The translations under genes were made by a program, and so were the position numbers. The notes beneath the pieces are model-generated. The model did not search any database and had not been told where the DNA came from. It was given only the letters and a program-made list of their open reading frames with translations. From NCBI GenBank assembly GCA_025362235.1, contig JANYGZ010000095.1:733-64732 (forward strand): DNA of 64,000 bases. Reading direction: 5' to 3'. Positions 38,324 through 48,240 of this stretch are shown here, in pieces (within the stretch, counting starts at the first letter, position 1; every line of letters begins with the position of its first letter). Source of the stretch: Ferruginibacter sp. Its GTDB lineage: Bacteria > Bacteroidota > Bacteroidia > Chitinophagales > Chitinophagaceae.

Positions 38324-39631
38324 ATGAAAACAAAGTCATTACATAGGGATAAGGTAAATATAATTACACTGGGCTGTAGTAAAAATATGGTGGACAGTGA
38401 AGTGCTCAGTGGCCAGTTAATTGCCAATGAAATTGATGTGGTGCATGAAAGTGCCAAAAAGGATCACAATATTGTAATTGTAAATACCTGTGGTTTTATA
38501 GAAAAAGCTAAAGAAGAAAGTGTTAATACAATTTTACAACAAGTAGAATTAAAGCGCAGAGGTAAAATTGATAAAGTATATGTTACCGGTTGCCTGAGCG
38601 AGCGCTATAAAAATAACCTTGAAACGGAAATACCAGAAGTGGACGCCTATTTTGGAACGATGGAGCTTCCGATGATATTAAAACAATTTGAAGCCGATTA
38701 TAAAACAGATTTAATAGGCGAACGTTTATTAATTACCCCTCAGCATTACGCTTACATGAAAATAAGCGAAGGTTGCAACAGAACCTGTTCTTTCTGCGCC
38801 ATTCCATTAATGCGTGGCCAGCATATCAGTCGCCCGATTGAGTCGTTGGTTGATGAAGCAAAACGTTTGGTAGATCGCGGTGTAAAAGAAGTAATGCTGA
38901 TTGCGCAGGAATTAACTTATTACGGTCTTGATATTTATAAAAAAAGAGAATTGCCTAAATTGCTGCATGCGCTTGCAGATGTAAAGGGATTAGAATGGAT
39001 AAGGTTGCACTACGCATACCCATCAAAATTTCCAATTGAAATAATAGATGCTATAAAAGAGAGAGAGAATATTTGCAATTATCTTGATATGCCTTTGCAA
39101 CATGCTGCCAATAAAATGTTGAAATTGATGAAGCGGCAAATAACAAGGGAAGAAATGGAAGACCTTGTGGGCGAAATCCGCAACCGCATTCCGGATATCT
39201 GTTTGCGCACTACGTTGATAGCTGGCTTTCCGGGCGAAACAAGGGATGATGTGGAAGAGCTAAAAACCTTTATTACAAAAATGCGTTTTGACAGGGTAGG
39301 TATATTTACTTACAGCCATGAAGAAGGTACCAGTGCACACGATCTTGAAGATAATATACCGGCCGAAGAAAAAGAAGAACGTGCGCAGGAAATAATGGAA
39401 GTGCAGCAGGAAATAAGCCTGGAAAAGAACCAGGAAAAACTCGGTAAAACTTTTAAAGTAATAATTGATAAAAAAGAAGCAGGGCGTTACCTTGGACGTA
39501 CAGAATTTGATAGTGTTGAAGTGGATAACGAAGTAATCATTCAAAGTAAAAAAAGACTTGCTATTGGTGAGTTTGTACAGGTTAAAATCACTAAAGCATT
39601 TGATTATGATTTGGAAGGCGAGGTAGTGTAA
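38324..39631 (+). CDS. rimO: Ribosomal protein S12 methylthiotransferase RimO
   Basis: LGCSKN, NTCGFI, CNRTCSFC, TRAM tail; -7 TACCTTTG at 38304-38311. Confidence 0.97.
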   Translation: MKTKSLHRDKVNIITLGCSKNMVDSEVLSGQLIANEIDVVHESAKKDHNIVIVNTCGFIEKAKEESVNTILQQVELKRRGKIDKVYVTGCLSERYKNNLETEIPEVDAYFGTMELPMILKQFEADYKTDLIGERLLITPQHYAYMKISEGCNRTCSFCAIPLMRGQHISRPIESLVDEAKRLVDRGVKEVMLIAQELTYYGLDIYKKRELPKLLHALADVKGLEWIRLHYAYPSKFPIEIIDAIKERENICNYLDMPLQHAANKMLKLMKRQITREEMEDLVGEIRNRIPDICLRTTLIAGFPGETRDDVEELKTFITKMRFDRVGIFTYSHEEGTSAHDLEDNIPAEEKEERAQEIMEVQQEISLEKNQEKLGKTFKVIIDKKEAGRYLGRTEFDSVEVDNEVIIQSKKRLAIGEFVQVKITKAFDYDLEGEVV

Positions 39632-39659
39632 CTATATTTGTACAACTAAATTTATTTTT

Positions 39660-40079
39660 ATGGGATTAGTTTATGCTGATATTGAATTAACCAACTGCGA
39701 GGATGTAGCATTGGCGAGAAAACATGTTATTGGCGAAAATGAAATCAGGCGATTGAATCTTAATATGTTGGTTGATAGCGGTGCTTATATGATGGCAATT
39801 AATGAAACAATTCAATCTCAGTTAGAACTACCTTTTATTGAAAAGCGAAAAGTGCAAATGGCAGATAGCCGTGTTGTTGAATACGATGTTGTGGGTCCGG
39901 TAAATGTAAAATTTGCCAATAGAAAAGCAACCTGTAGTGCATTTGTTTTACCAGGTGATAGTGAACCGCTTTTAGGTGCCATCCCAATGGAAGAAATGGA
40001 TGTCTTGATTCATCCATTGCGGCAGGAGTTAATCGTAAATCCGGAGCATCCCAATTATGCGGTTTTAAAAATGAAGTAA
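39660..40079 (+). CDS. Clan AA (retropepsin-like) aspartic protease, AF_0612-like
   Basis: LVDSGA, LLGAIPMEEMD; own -7 motif TATATTTG at 39633-39640. Confidence 0.85.
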   Translation: MGLVYADIELTNCEDVALARKHVIGENEIRRLNLNMLVDSGAYMMAINETIQSQLELPFIEKRKVQMADSRVVEYDVVGPVNVKFANRKATCSAFVLPGDSEPLLGAIPMEEMDVLIHPLRQELIVNPEHPNYAVLKMK

Positions 40080-40085
40080 TTATTA

Positions 40086-41687
40086 ATGGATACAGCAGCA
40101 CAGTTTATTTCTTACGGGCAAACAGGTTACTTTTCAAAAATGGTAACAGATTATGTTGCTGCAAAAAAAAAATTGCAACCTTTTTACAATCACCCCGTTT
40201 CCATTGAAGGAATAAAAACATCCATCACAGAAAGGAAAAAATTTAGTACAGACAGAAAATTACTGGTGGATGTTTTACAAAAGCAATATACTTCTGTAGA
40301 AACAAGTATTGAAGTTGCAAAGAATATTGATTTGTTGCAACAGGAAAATACTTTTACTATTTGCACGGCGCATCAGCCAAATATTTTTACAGGCCCCTTA
40401 TATTTTATTTATAAAATTTTGCATGTTGTAAAACTTGCAGAGCAGTTAAAAAATGAACTGCCCGAAAATAATTTTGTGCCTGTTTATTACATGGGCAGCG
40501 AAGATGCAGATCTGGAAGAATTAGGGCATATCTACATTGAAGGTGAAAAGTACCAATGGGCGACCAATCAAACCGGTGCTGTAGGAAGAATGAAAGTGGA
40601 TGCAGCTTTGATAAAAATGCTGGATACTGTAAGCGGACAATTACTAGTGAATCCCTTTGGAGCCGAGATTGTTTCATTGATGAAAGAATGTTATAAAGTA
40701 GGAGTGACCATTGAGGAGACTACATTTAAACTGGTAAATAAATTATTTCAGGAGTATGGGCTGATAATATTATTGCCTGATAATGCTAATTTAAAAGCAG
40801 CTTTTATACCTGTAATACAAAAAGAATTAACTGATGAATTTTCTCATAAAGCAGTTAAAGAAACAATTTCAACTTTAACATCGGACTATAAAGTGCAGGC
40901 AAGCGGCAGGGAGTTGAATATGTTTTATTTGATAGATGATAAAAGGGAAAGGATTGAAATGATTGTTGGTGGCGGTTGGTCGGTTGTAAATACCGGACTA
41001 AAGTTTACAGAGCAAGAAATGCTTGCAGAATTGAAACAATACCCTGAAAGGTTTAGTCCCAATGTAATTCTCCGGCCTGTTTTTCAGGAATTTATTTTGC
41101 CCAATATTGTATTTATCGGCGGCGGCGGTGAAATTGCTTACTGGCTGCAGTTGAAAAAAGTATTTGAAGCATCAGTTGTGCCTTATCCTTTAATGATTGT
41201 ACGCAACTCGTTTCTTTTTGTAATTAAAGAAATACAAGTGCTTATAGAAAAATTGCAATTCAATTATACAGAACTCTTTCAATCAGAGACTGACCTCATC
41301 AACCAATTGGTAAAGCGGGATAGTATGCAGCAGCTTAGTCTTGATAAAGAAGAATTGGAGTTAACTGCTTTTTATGAACAGGTAAAGGCTTTAGTTGAAA
41401 AAATAGATACAACATTGGTGGCACATACGTCAGCATTGCAAACGCAGGCGTTAAAGAAAATATCAGCTCTTGAAAAGAAAATGCTTCGTGCAGAAAAGAA
41501 AAAATTTGCAGCGCAACAAAGACAAGTACAAAAAATAAAAGCACAATTATTCCCAAATAATAATTTACAGGAAAGAACAGATAACCTGATGCCTTATTAT
41601 GCAAAATGGGGTAAAGATTTTATCAGGATGATATACGATAACTCAAAAGGTTTAGACCAGCAATTTGGAATTTTGGTGGAAGCTTAG
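40086..41687 (+). CDS. bshC: Bacillithiol biosynthesis cysteine-adding enzyme BshC
   Basis: HQPNIFTGPLY, GSEDAD, FSPNVILRP, GGGGEIAYW, LQER. Confidence 0.95.
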   Translation: MDTAAQFISYGQTGYFSKMVTDYVAAKKKLQPFYNHPVSIEGIKTSITERKKFSTDRKLLVDVLQKQYTSVETSIEVAKNIDLLQQENTFTICTAHQPNIFTGPLYFIYKILHVVKLAEQLKNELPENNFVPVYYMGSEDADLEELGHIYIEGEKYQWATNQTGAVGRMKVDAALIKMLDTVSGQLLVNPFGAEIVSLMKECYKVGVTIEETTFKLVNKLFQEYGLIILLPDNANLKAAFIPVIQKELTDEFSHKAVKETISTLTSDYKVQASGRELNMFYLIDDKRERIEMIVGGGWSVVNTGLKFTEQEMLAELKQYPERFSPNVILRPVFQEFILPNIVFIGGGGEIAYWLQLKKVFEASVVPYPLMIVRNSFLFVIKEIQVLIEKLQFNYTELFQSETDLINQLVKRDSMQQLSLDKEELELTAFYEQVKALVEKIDTTLVAHTSALQTQALKKISALEKKMLRAEKKKFAAQQRQVQKIKAQLFPNNNLQERTDNLMPYYAKWGKDFIRMIYDNSKGLDQQFGILVEA

Positions 41688-41745
41688 GCCGGCAGTCAGC
41701 CCAAAATTATTATCAATACCAGGAAACAGTAATTCGAAAATCTTC

Positions 41746-42270
41746 TTATTTATCAAACTTATCAAACTCGTTTGTAAAACCCAGGTACTTTACATTCTTT
41801 ACACTTTCCATTACAATATCGTCCTGGTACTCTTTATAAGCTTCTAATTTGCCAGCAATAGAAGTATCATGCAATGCTAGTATTTGTGCAGCGAGGATAC
41901 CTGCATTCTTTGCACCGTTTAACGCAACAGTTGCTACCGGTACGCCATAGGGCATTTGTAAAGTAGATAAAATAGAATCCCACCCATCAAGCGAATTAGA
42001 TGATTTTACGGGTACTCCAATAACAGGTAAAATGGTTTGCGCTGCCACCATGCCCGCTAAATGGGCTGCACCACCAGCTCCTGCAATGATTACTTTTAAT
42101 CCTCTTGCCTTAGCCTTGCTTGCATACTCCCGTAAACGCTCTGGCGTACGATGCGCAGATACAATGGTTAATTCAGGCTCTACATCAAACTGGCGAAGCA
42201 TTTCAGCAGCACCTTTCATAATTTCAAGATCGCTTTCGCTACCCATTATAATGCCAACAAGAGGATTCAT
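41746..42270 (-). CDS. purE: N5-CAIR mutase
   Basis: [36 protein letters not shown]. Confidence 0.98.
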   Translation of the reverse strand: MNPLVGIIMGSESDLEIMKGAAEMLRQFDVEPELTIVSAHRTPERLREYASKAKARGLKVIIAGAGGAAHLAGMVAAQTILPVIGVPVKSSNSLDGWDSILSTLQMPYGVPVATVALNGAKNAGILAAQILALHDTSIAGKLEAYKEYQDDIVMESVKNVKYLGFTNEFDKFDK

Positions 42271-42483
42271 GCTTTTTAATTTTTAGCAAAGAAAGGTAAA
42301 AATTACAAAACCCCATCCGCTATATTTTTTAAATTATTTTACAAAACCGCCTGCTTTCGTCAAAAAAAGCTTCTAATAAAACAATGCGTTAAAATATTTA
42401 CTTCAATGTTTATGTTATATTGCATGGCTGGTGCATCTATTAAAACTAACTATATTTGACCTTATTTTTAATGTGAATTTTTT

Positions 42484-43560
42484 ATGCACAATTTTTTTGT
42501 AAAGCTTATTTATATTCTCAATATAATAATGCTGGTTTTTATTTTCACCAATTGTAAAAATAAAGTAAAAGAGTCAGCTAATTCTCCAAAAGAAAGCCCC
42601 CCAGTTTTGGTAGATGTTATGATTGCACAAAAAGAACCAATCAGTAATGTTATTGAAGCCAATGGTAGTGTAATACCAAGCGAACAGGTAGAGCTTCGCA
42701 CTGAAGTAAATGGAAGGCTTATTTATTTAAATATACCCGAGGGCAAATTAATAGCAAAAGGAACTGTGTTGGCTAGGATAAACGATGCAGACCTGCAGGC
42801 CCAGATTTCAAAAAGTAAAGTACAGCTTGCACTTGCTGAAAAAACCCTTGAAAGATTAAAGCAATTACTAGATGTAAACGGACTTAACCAGGCCGATTAT
42901 GATGCCGCATTAAACCAGGTAAATTCTTTAAAAGCAGACATTGTGTATACACAGGCACTTATTGATAAGACTGTTGTGCGGGCACCCTTTAGCGGAGTGG
43001 CAGGTTTACGGCTGGTAAGTCCGGGTGCGTATGTTACGCCTGCTACAGTAATTGCCAGCTTGCAACAAACAAACGAACTAAAAATAGATTTTACTTTACC
43101 TGAAATATATAGTAGTGCCATAAAAACCGGTGCTATAGTAGATGTGGAAGTAGATGCAATTGCCAAAGAAAAAGGCAGGGCAATTATTTTAGCAACGGAG
43201 CCTGGCGCAAACACAGATACCCGTAACATAAAAGTGAGGGCATTATTAAAAGGGGTAAATGTTAACCCTGGCGCATTTGTAAAAATTTATATAGATGCAG
43301 GAAAAGAAAGGTCTTCTGTAAAAGTGCCAACTAATTGCATTATTCCCGATGATAAAAACAACCAGGTAATTTTGGTTAAAAACGGGAAGGCCAGTTTTGT
43401 AAATATACAGACCGGGGTAAGAGAGGCCAATATAGTTGAAGTAATAAAAGGCATTAACGTTGGGGATTCAATTGTAGTAACCGGTGTTTTATTTGCAAGG
43501 CCTGATGCAAAGTTGAAAGTGCGGGAGGTAAAAAAAATAACTACGCTTTCAACACCATAA
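42484..43560 (+). CDS. RND efflux periplasmic adaptor (MFP), lipoprotein
   Basis: Lipoyl/hairpin pattern, VRAPFSG, lipobox IFTNC. Confidence 0.93.
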   Translation: MHNFFVKLIYILNIIMLVFIFTNCKNKVKESANSPKESPPVLVDVMIAQKEPISNVIEANGSVIPSEQVELRTEVNGRLIYLNIPEGKLIAKGTVLARINDADLQAQISKSKVQLALAEKTLERLKQLLDVNGLNQADYDAALNQVNSLKADIVYTQALIDKTVVRAPFSGVAGLRLVSPGAYVTPATVIASLQQTNELKIDFTLPEIYSSAIKTGAIVDVEVDAIAKEKGRAIILATEPGANTDTRNIKVRALLKGVNVNPGAFVKIYIDAGKERSSVKVPTNCIIPDDKNNQVILVKNGKASFVNIQTGVREANIVEVIKGINVGDSIVVTGVLFARPDAKLKVREVKKITTLSTP

Positions 43561-43724
43561 ATAAGTGAAAGTTAGTGCAGTTATATTGCATTAAAACCAA
43601 TTTGCCGATCTGTAAAAGTTTTCTTTTAAATAGTAATAACTGTAACCTGTATACGAAATGTAACAGGCAGGTGCAGAGATAAAATCGAAAGTTACCTGTT
43701 GATAATTAATATTTTTTTTGATTC

Positions 43725-46700
43725 ATGAATATTTCAGAATTTTCTATAAAGCGGCCAGTTTTTGCAACTGTATTAAATCTTATGATTATACTGTTTGGCG
43801 TAGTAGGCTATACATTTCTGGCGGTGAGAGATTACCCTGCAATTGATCCTGCCATTATCAACATCAGCACTTCCTATACGGGTGCCAACCCTGATATTAT
43901 TGAGAGCCAGGTTACAGAACCTTTGGAAAAACAAATCAATGGCATACCAGGTATCAGAACCATCACCTCTTCCAGCACTTTAGGCAACAGTAATATTACT
44001 GTTGAATTTGAGTTAAGCGTAAACCTTGAAGCTGCTGCAAGCGATGTAAGGGATAAGGTTGGGCAGGCCAGCAGAAGCCTTCCACAGGATATTGATGCAC
44101 CACCCGTTGTAACAAAAGCAGATGCCAGCAGTGATTTTATTTTGATACTTGCTGTGCAAAGCAGAACCAAAGGGTTACTGGAATTAAGTGACTATGCGGA
44201 GAATGTTTTGCAGCAGCAATTTCAAACAATTAAGCAGGTAAGTTCGGTAATTATATTTGGGCAAAAGCGGTATGCAATGCGCATTTGGATTGATCCGGAT
44301 AAAATGGTTTCACAGGGCATATCTTACTCCGATATACGAACTGCACTGAACAGTGAAAATATTGATTTACCGCCTGGTAAAATTTACGGCAATAATACAG
44401 AGCTTACTATAAAAACCTTAGGGAGGCTTACTTCTGAAAAAGATTTTCGCGACCTGATCCTGCGCTCTGATGGTGCCGGTATTTTAAGGCTTAGTGATGT
44501 GGCAAGGGTTGAAATAGGGCCGGAAAATCTTGAGCAGGGGTGGAAATACAATGGTGTAAATGCGGTAGGTATTGTATTGATACCGCAACCAGGTGCCAAT
44601 AATATTCAGATTGCCAATGACTTTTATAAAAGACTGGAGGCAATAAAGGGTGCTAACAAGTCTGATATAGAAATGAATGTAATATTGGACAACACAAGCA
44701 ATATTAGAAAGTCAATTAATGAAGTAAAGGATACTTTAATCATTTCTTTTACACTTGTGGTGCTGGTTATATTTTTCTTTTTTAGAGATTGGCTAATTGC
44801 TATCCGCCCTTTGATAGATATCCCGATTTCTTTAGTGGCTACTTTTTTCATCATGTACATTTCGGGTTTTTCAATTAACATATTAACCTTGTTGGGCATT
44901 GTGCTGGCAACCGGTTTGGTGGTAGATGACGGTATAGTGGTTACGGAAAATATCTTCAGCAAATTTGAAAAAGGAATGCCCATTCGCCAGGCTGCAATAG
45001 AAGGCAGTAAAGAAATATTTTTCGCAGTAATTTCTACCTCCATTACACTGGCAGTGGTGTTTTTACCCGTTATTTTTTTAGAAGGTTTTATAGGACGCTT
45101 GTTTAGGGAGTTTGGTGTAACCCTGGCTGCGGCTGTATTAATATCGGCACTGGTTTCACTTACTATAACACCTGTTTTAAATGTGGTATTAAACAGAAAA
45201 AAAGCCGGGCATGGTAAATTTTACAGGAAGACAGAACCATTTTTTACTGGTATGGAAAATGGGTACCTGCGCTTGTTAGAAGGGTTTATAAAAGTGAGGT
45301 GGGTTGCATGGGTAGTAGTTGTAGCATGTATTGTTGTAATTGTATTTATTATAACAAATTTACAAAGTGAAATTGCCCCGTTAGAGGATAGAAGTAGTGT
45401 GCGTTTTTCTGCAACGGCTGCCGAGGGTACAAGCTACAGCAGTATGCAAAAGATATCTGATGAAATCACCAGTTACCTGTATGACTCTGTACCTGAAAGA
45501 GATTTTGTATTTGCACGTACGCCTTCATTTGGCGGCTCTTTAAATAATTCCCAGCCAAGGTTAGTGCTGATAGACCCCTCTTTGCGCAACAGGTCGCAAG
45601 CTGAAATAGCAAGTGATTTGCAAAAAAAATTGCAAAGGTTTAATAATGCCAGGATATTTGCCATACAGGAACAAACAATTGCAGTAGGTGCCGGTTCAAG
45701 AGGTAGTTTACCTGTGCAATATGTTTTGCAAAATCAAGACCTGAATAAATTAAAGGAAGTAATACCTAAATTTTTAGAGGAAGCCAGAAAGGACAAAACA
45801 TTTGCAAATGTTGATGTAAACCTAAAATTTAATAAGCCTGAAATACAACTTACGCTGGACAGGATAAAACTAAAGGATCTGGGTTTATCATCACAGGATG
45901 TAGTTTCAGCATTGCAGTCTGCTTTCAGCGGTGGAAGGCTGGCCTATTTTATAATGAACGGTTACCAGTATTCAGTAATAGCACAGGTTGACAGAAGCGA
46001 CAGATCTGAACCCAACGATATTTCAAAACTATATGTACGTAATAAACGAGGAGAAAACATTCCAATAAGTTCGGTAGTAAAACTGGAAGAAAGCAGCAGT
46101 CCATCTACACTTTTTCATTATAACCGTTATAAGGCAGCAACAATTTCTGCATCATTAGCAGATGGTAAAACCATTGGCGACGGGGTAAAGGCAATGGATG
46201 CAATTGGTAAAAAATTACTGGATGAAACTTATCAAACTTCCTTAACAGGCCCATCAAGGGATTTTGCTGAAAGCTCATCAAATATTGCTTTCGCATTTGG
46301 CTTAGCATTGATACTAATATACCTTATCCTTGCTGCGCAGTTTGAAAGTTTTGTAGATCCTTTCATCATTATGCTTACAGTGCCATTGGCAATGGCGGGT
46401 GCTTTGTTAAGCTTGTATACATTTGGCCAAACGCTCAATATTTTTTCTGAAATTGGGATGATCATGCTGATTGGCCTGGTAACAAAAAACGGCATTTTGA
46501 TTGTTGAATTTGCCAATAAAAAAAGAGAACATGGTCTTGATAAAGTGCAGGCAGTATTGCAGGCTTCGCAGCAACGTTTGCGCCCCATTCTAATGACCAG
46601 CCTTGCAACTTCATTAGGAGCATTACCTATCGCATTAGGACTTGGAGCTTCGGCCACCAGCCGGGTTCCACTCGGCATAGTTGTAGTAGGCGGTATTCTA

Positions 46701-46823
46701 TTTTCTTTGATTTTAACTTTGTTTATTATACCGGCCATCTATACTTTTTTATCAGGTATACACAAAGAGGAAACACCAATAGAAGGGGAGATGCAAAAAG
46801 CTGAAGAATCCTCCTCAAATTAA
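43725..46823 (+). CDS. RND efflux permease (AcrB/MdtC family)
   Basis: GLVVDDGIVV, GLVTKNGILIVEFA, RLRPILMT. Confidence 0.97.
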   Translation: MNISEFSIKRPVFATVLNLMIILFGVVGYTFLAVRDYPAIDPAIINISTSYTGANPDIIESQVTEPLEKQINGIPGIRTITSSSTLGNSNITVEFELSVNLEAAASDVRDKVGQASRSLPQDIDAPPVVTKADASSDFILILAVQSRTKGLLELSDYAENVLQQQFQTIKQVSSVIIFGQKRYAMRIWIDPDKMVSQGISYSDIRTALNSENIDLPPGKIYGNNTELTIKTLGRLTSEKDFRDLILRSDGAGILRLSDVARVEIGPENLEQGWKYNGVNAVGIVLIPQPGANNIQIANDFYKRLEAIKGANKSDIEMNVILDNTSNIRKSINEVKDTLIISFTLVVLVIFFFFRDWLIAIRPLIDIPISLVATFFIMYISGFSINILTLLGIVLATGLVVDDGIVVTENIFSKFEKGMPIRQAAIEGSKEIFFAVISTSITLAVVFLPVIFLEGFIGRLFREFGVTLAAAVLISALVSLTITPVLNVVLNRKKAGHGKFYRKTEPFFTGMENGYLRLLEGFIKVRWVAWVVVVACIVVIVFIITNLQSEIAPLEDRSSVRFSATAAEGTSYSSMQKISDEITSYLYDSVPERDFVFARTPSFGGSLNNSQPRLVLIDPSLRNRSQAEIASDLQKKLQRFNNARIFAIQEQTIAVGAGSRGSLPVQYVLQNQDLNKLKEVIPKFLEEARKDKTFANVDVNLKFNKPEIQLTLDRIKLKDLGLSSQDVVSALQSAFSGGRLAYFIMNGYQYSVIAQVDRSDRSEPNDISKLYVRNKRGENIPISSVVKLEESSSPSTLFHYNRYKAATISASLADGKTIGDGVKAMDAIGKKLLDETYQTSLTGPSRDFAESSSNIAFAFGLALILIYLILAAQFESFVDPFIIMLTVPLAMAGALLSLYTFGQTLNIFSEIGMIMLIGLVTKNGILIVEFANKKREHGLDKVQAVLQASQQRLRPILMTSLATSLGALPIALGLGASATSRVPLGIVVVGGILFSLILTLFIIPAIYTFLSGIHKEETPIEGEMQKAEESSSN

Positions 46824-46840
46824 AATACAAATAAAGCAGG

Positions 46841-48139
46841 ATGACAAAATCGATTTTATATTTTTTATTATTATCCATCTCTATAACTGGCAGTGCACAA
46901 AGCATCATGCATTTGCCGGAAGCACTTAATATTGCTTTAAAAAACAGCCTTGATATTCAATTGGCAAAAAACAATGTTGAGGCAACTACTATTTTAAATA
47001 ATATCGGTATTGCAGGTGGATTGCCGGTTGTCACAAGTTCTATAACAAACAATGAGCAGGTATACAACATCAATCAAAAATTGAATACCGGCGTAAATAT
47101 CGACAGAAAAGGAGCCGCAGTAAATAATTTAAATTCAACTGTTGGTGCAAGTATATTATTGTACAACGGTAATAGGGTAGTGGCTACCAAAAATAGGCTG
47201 GCTCAATTACAAAAGCAAAGCGAGGAGTTGCTTAATTCGCAGGTACAGGATATTATGGGTTCGGTAATGACTGCCTATTATAATATTGTGCGGCACCAGA
47301 GTTTTTTAAAAACCATCGAAAGGTCTATCGAAGCTTCACAACAACAACTGGAAATTGTGCAAACAAGGCAAAAGGCAGGTATGGCAAATAATGCTGATCT
47401 TTTTCAGGCACAACTTAATTTGAACGCATTGCTGCAGACAAAATTATTGCAAGAGTTGGTGATAAAACAGGCTAAAACAGAACTGCTTCGTCAATTAACA
47501 TTAAAACCTGATTCTGTAATTACTGTTCAGGATACTATTTTGATTGATAAAACAATCACGCTTGAAGCAATGTTGAATAACCTTCACCAGAACCCGGATA
47601 TAATTGCATCACAGGATCAGATAAAGATAAATGAACTGTTAGTAAAAGAAATAAGCGCACAAATGTATCCTTCCGTAAAAGGTTTAACAGGTTACAATTT
47701 CAACCGCAACCAGGCAGGCGCCGGTCAACTGCTTTTAAACCAAAGTTATGGCCCCTATGTTGGCCTTTCGGTTGGCATACCTATTTACAACGGCTCTGTT
47801 TATAAGCGGCAACAAAAAGTAGCGGAAATAAATGTGCGTAATGCAGAATTGAATAATAAAATTTTGATCAGGGATTATAATTCGCAGGTTGTAAAATCAT
47901 ACCAAACTTATGCTACCACATTAGTACAATTGGAAACTGAACAACAGAATTATAAACTATCTGCTCAATTGCTCGAACTTGTAATAAAAAGGTTTCAATT
48001 AAAAGAGGCAACTATTTTAGACGTCAAAAATGCACAGGATAGTTTTGAACAATCCGGGTTTAGATTAGTTAATTTAAATTATGCAGCCAAGGCTGCCGAA
48101 ATAGAATTAAAAAGGCTTTCCAACCAACTCGCCCTTTAG
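46841..48139 (+). CDS. TolC-family outer-membrane efflux protein
   Basis: Signal peptide, OEP repeats, GLSVGIPIYNG. Confidence 0.93.
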   Translation: MTKSILYFLLLSISITGSAQSIMHLPEALNIALKNSLDIQLAKNNVEATTILNNIGIAGGLPVVTSSITNNEQVYNINQKLNTGVNIDRKGAAVNNLNSTVGASILLYNGNRVVATKNRLAQLQKQSEELLNSQVQDIMGSVMTAYYNIVRHQSFLKTIERSIEASQQQLEIVQTRQKAGMANNADLFQAQLNLNALLQTKLLQELVIKQAKTELLRQLTLKPDSVITVQDTILIDKTITLEAMLNNLHQNPDIIASQDQIKINELLVKEISAQMYPSVKGLTGYNFNRNQAGAGQLLLNQSYGPYVGLSVGIPIYNGSVYKRQQKVAEINVRNAELNNKILIRDYNSQVVKSYQTYATTLVQLETEQQNYKLSAQLLELVIKRFQLKEATILDVKNAQDSFEQSGFRLVNLNYAAKAAEIELKRLSNQLAL

Positions 48140-48240
48140 GCATTATTTTCTATTGTCTTTATTTATTGCAATCTTCTTACTGCGCATACGCTGCAGCTAA
48201 CAGATAGTTATATCGCACCCATAATATGGTTTGTTTTTTA

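Noticed and set aside
43620-43700. Cobalamin, c-di-GMP or ZTP riboswitch
   Set aside because: Core consensus elements are absent; kept only as an unexplained structured spacer.
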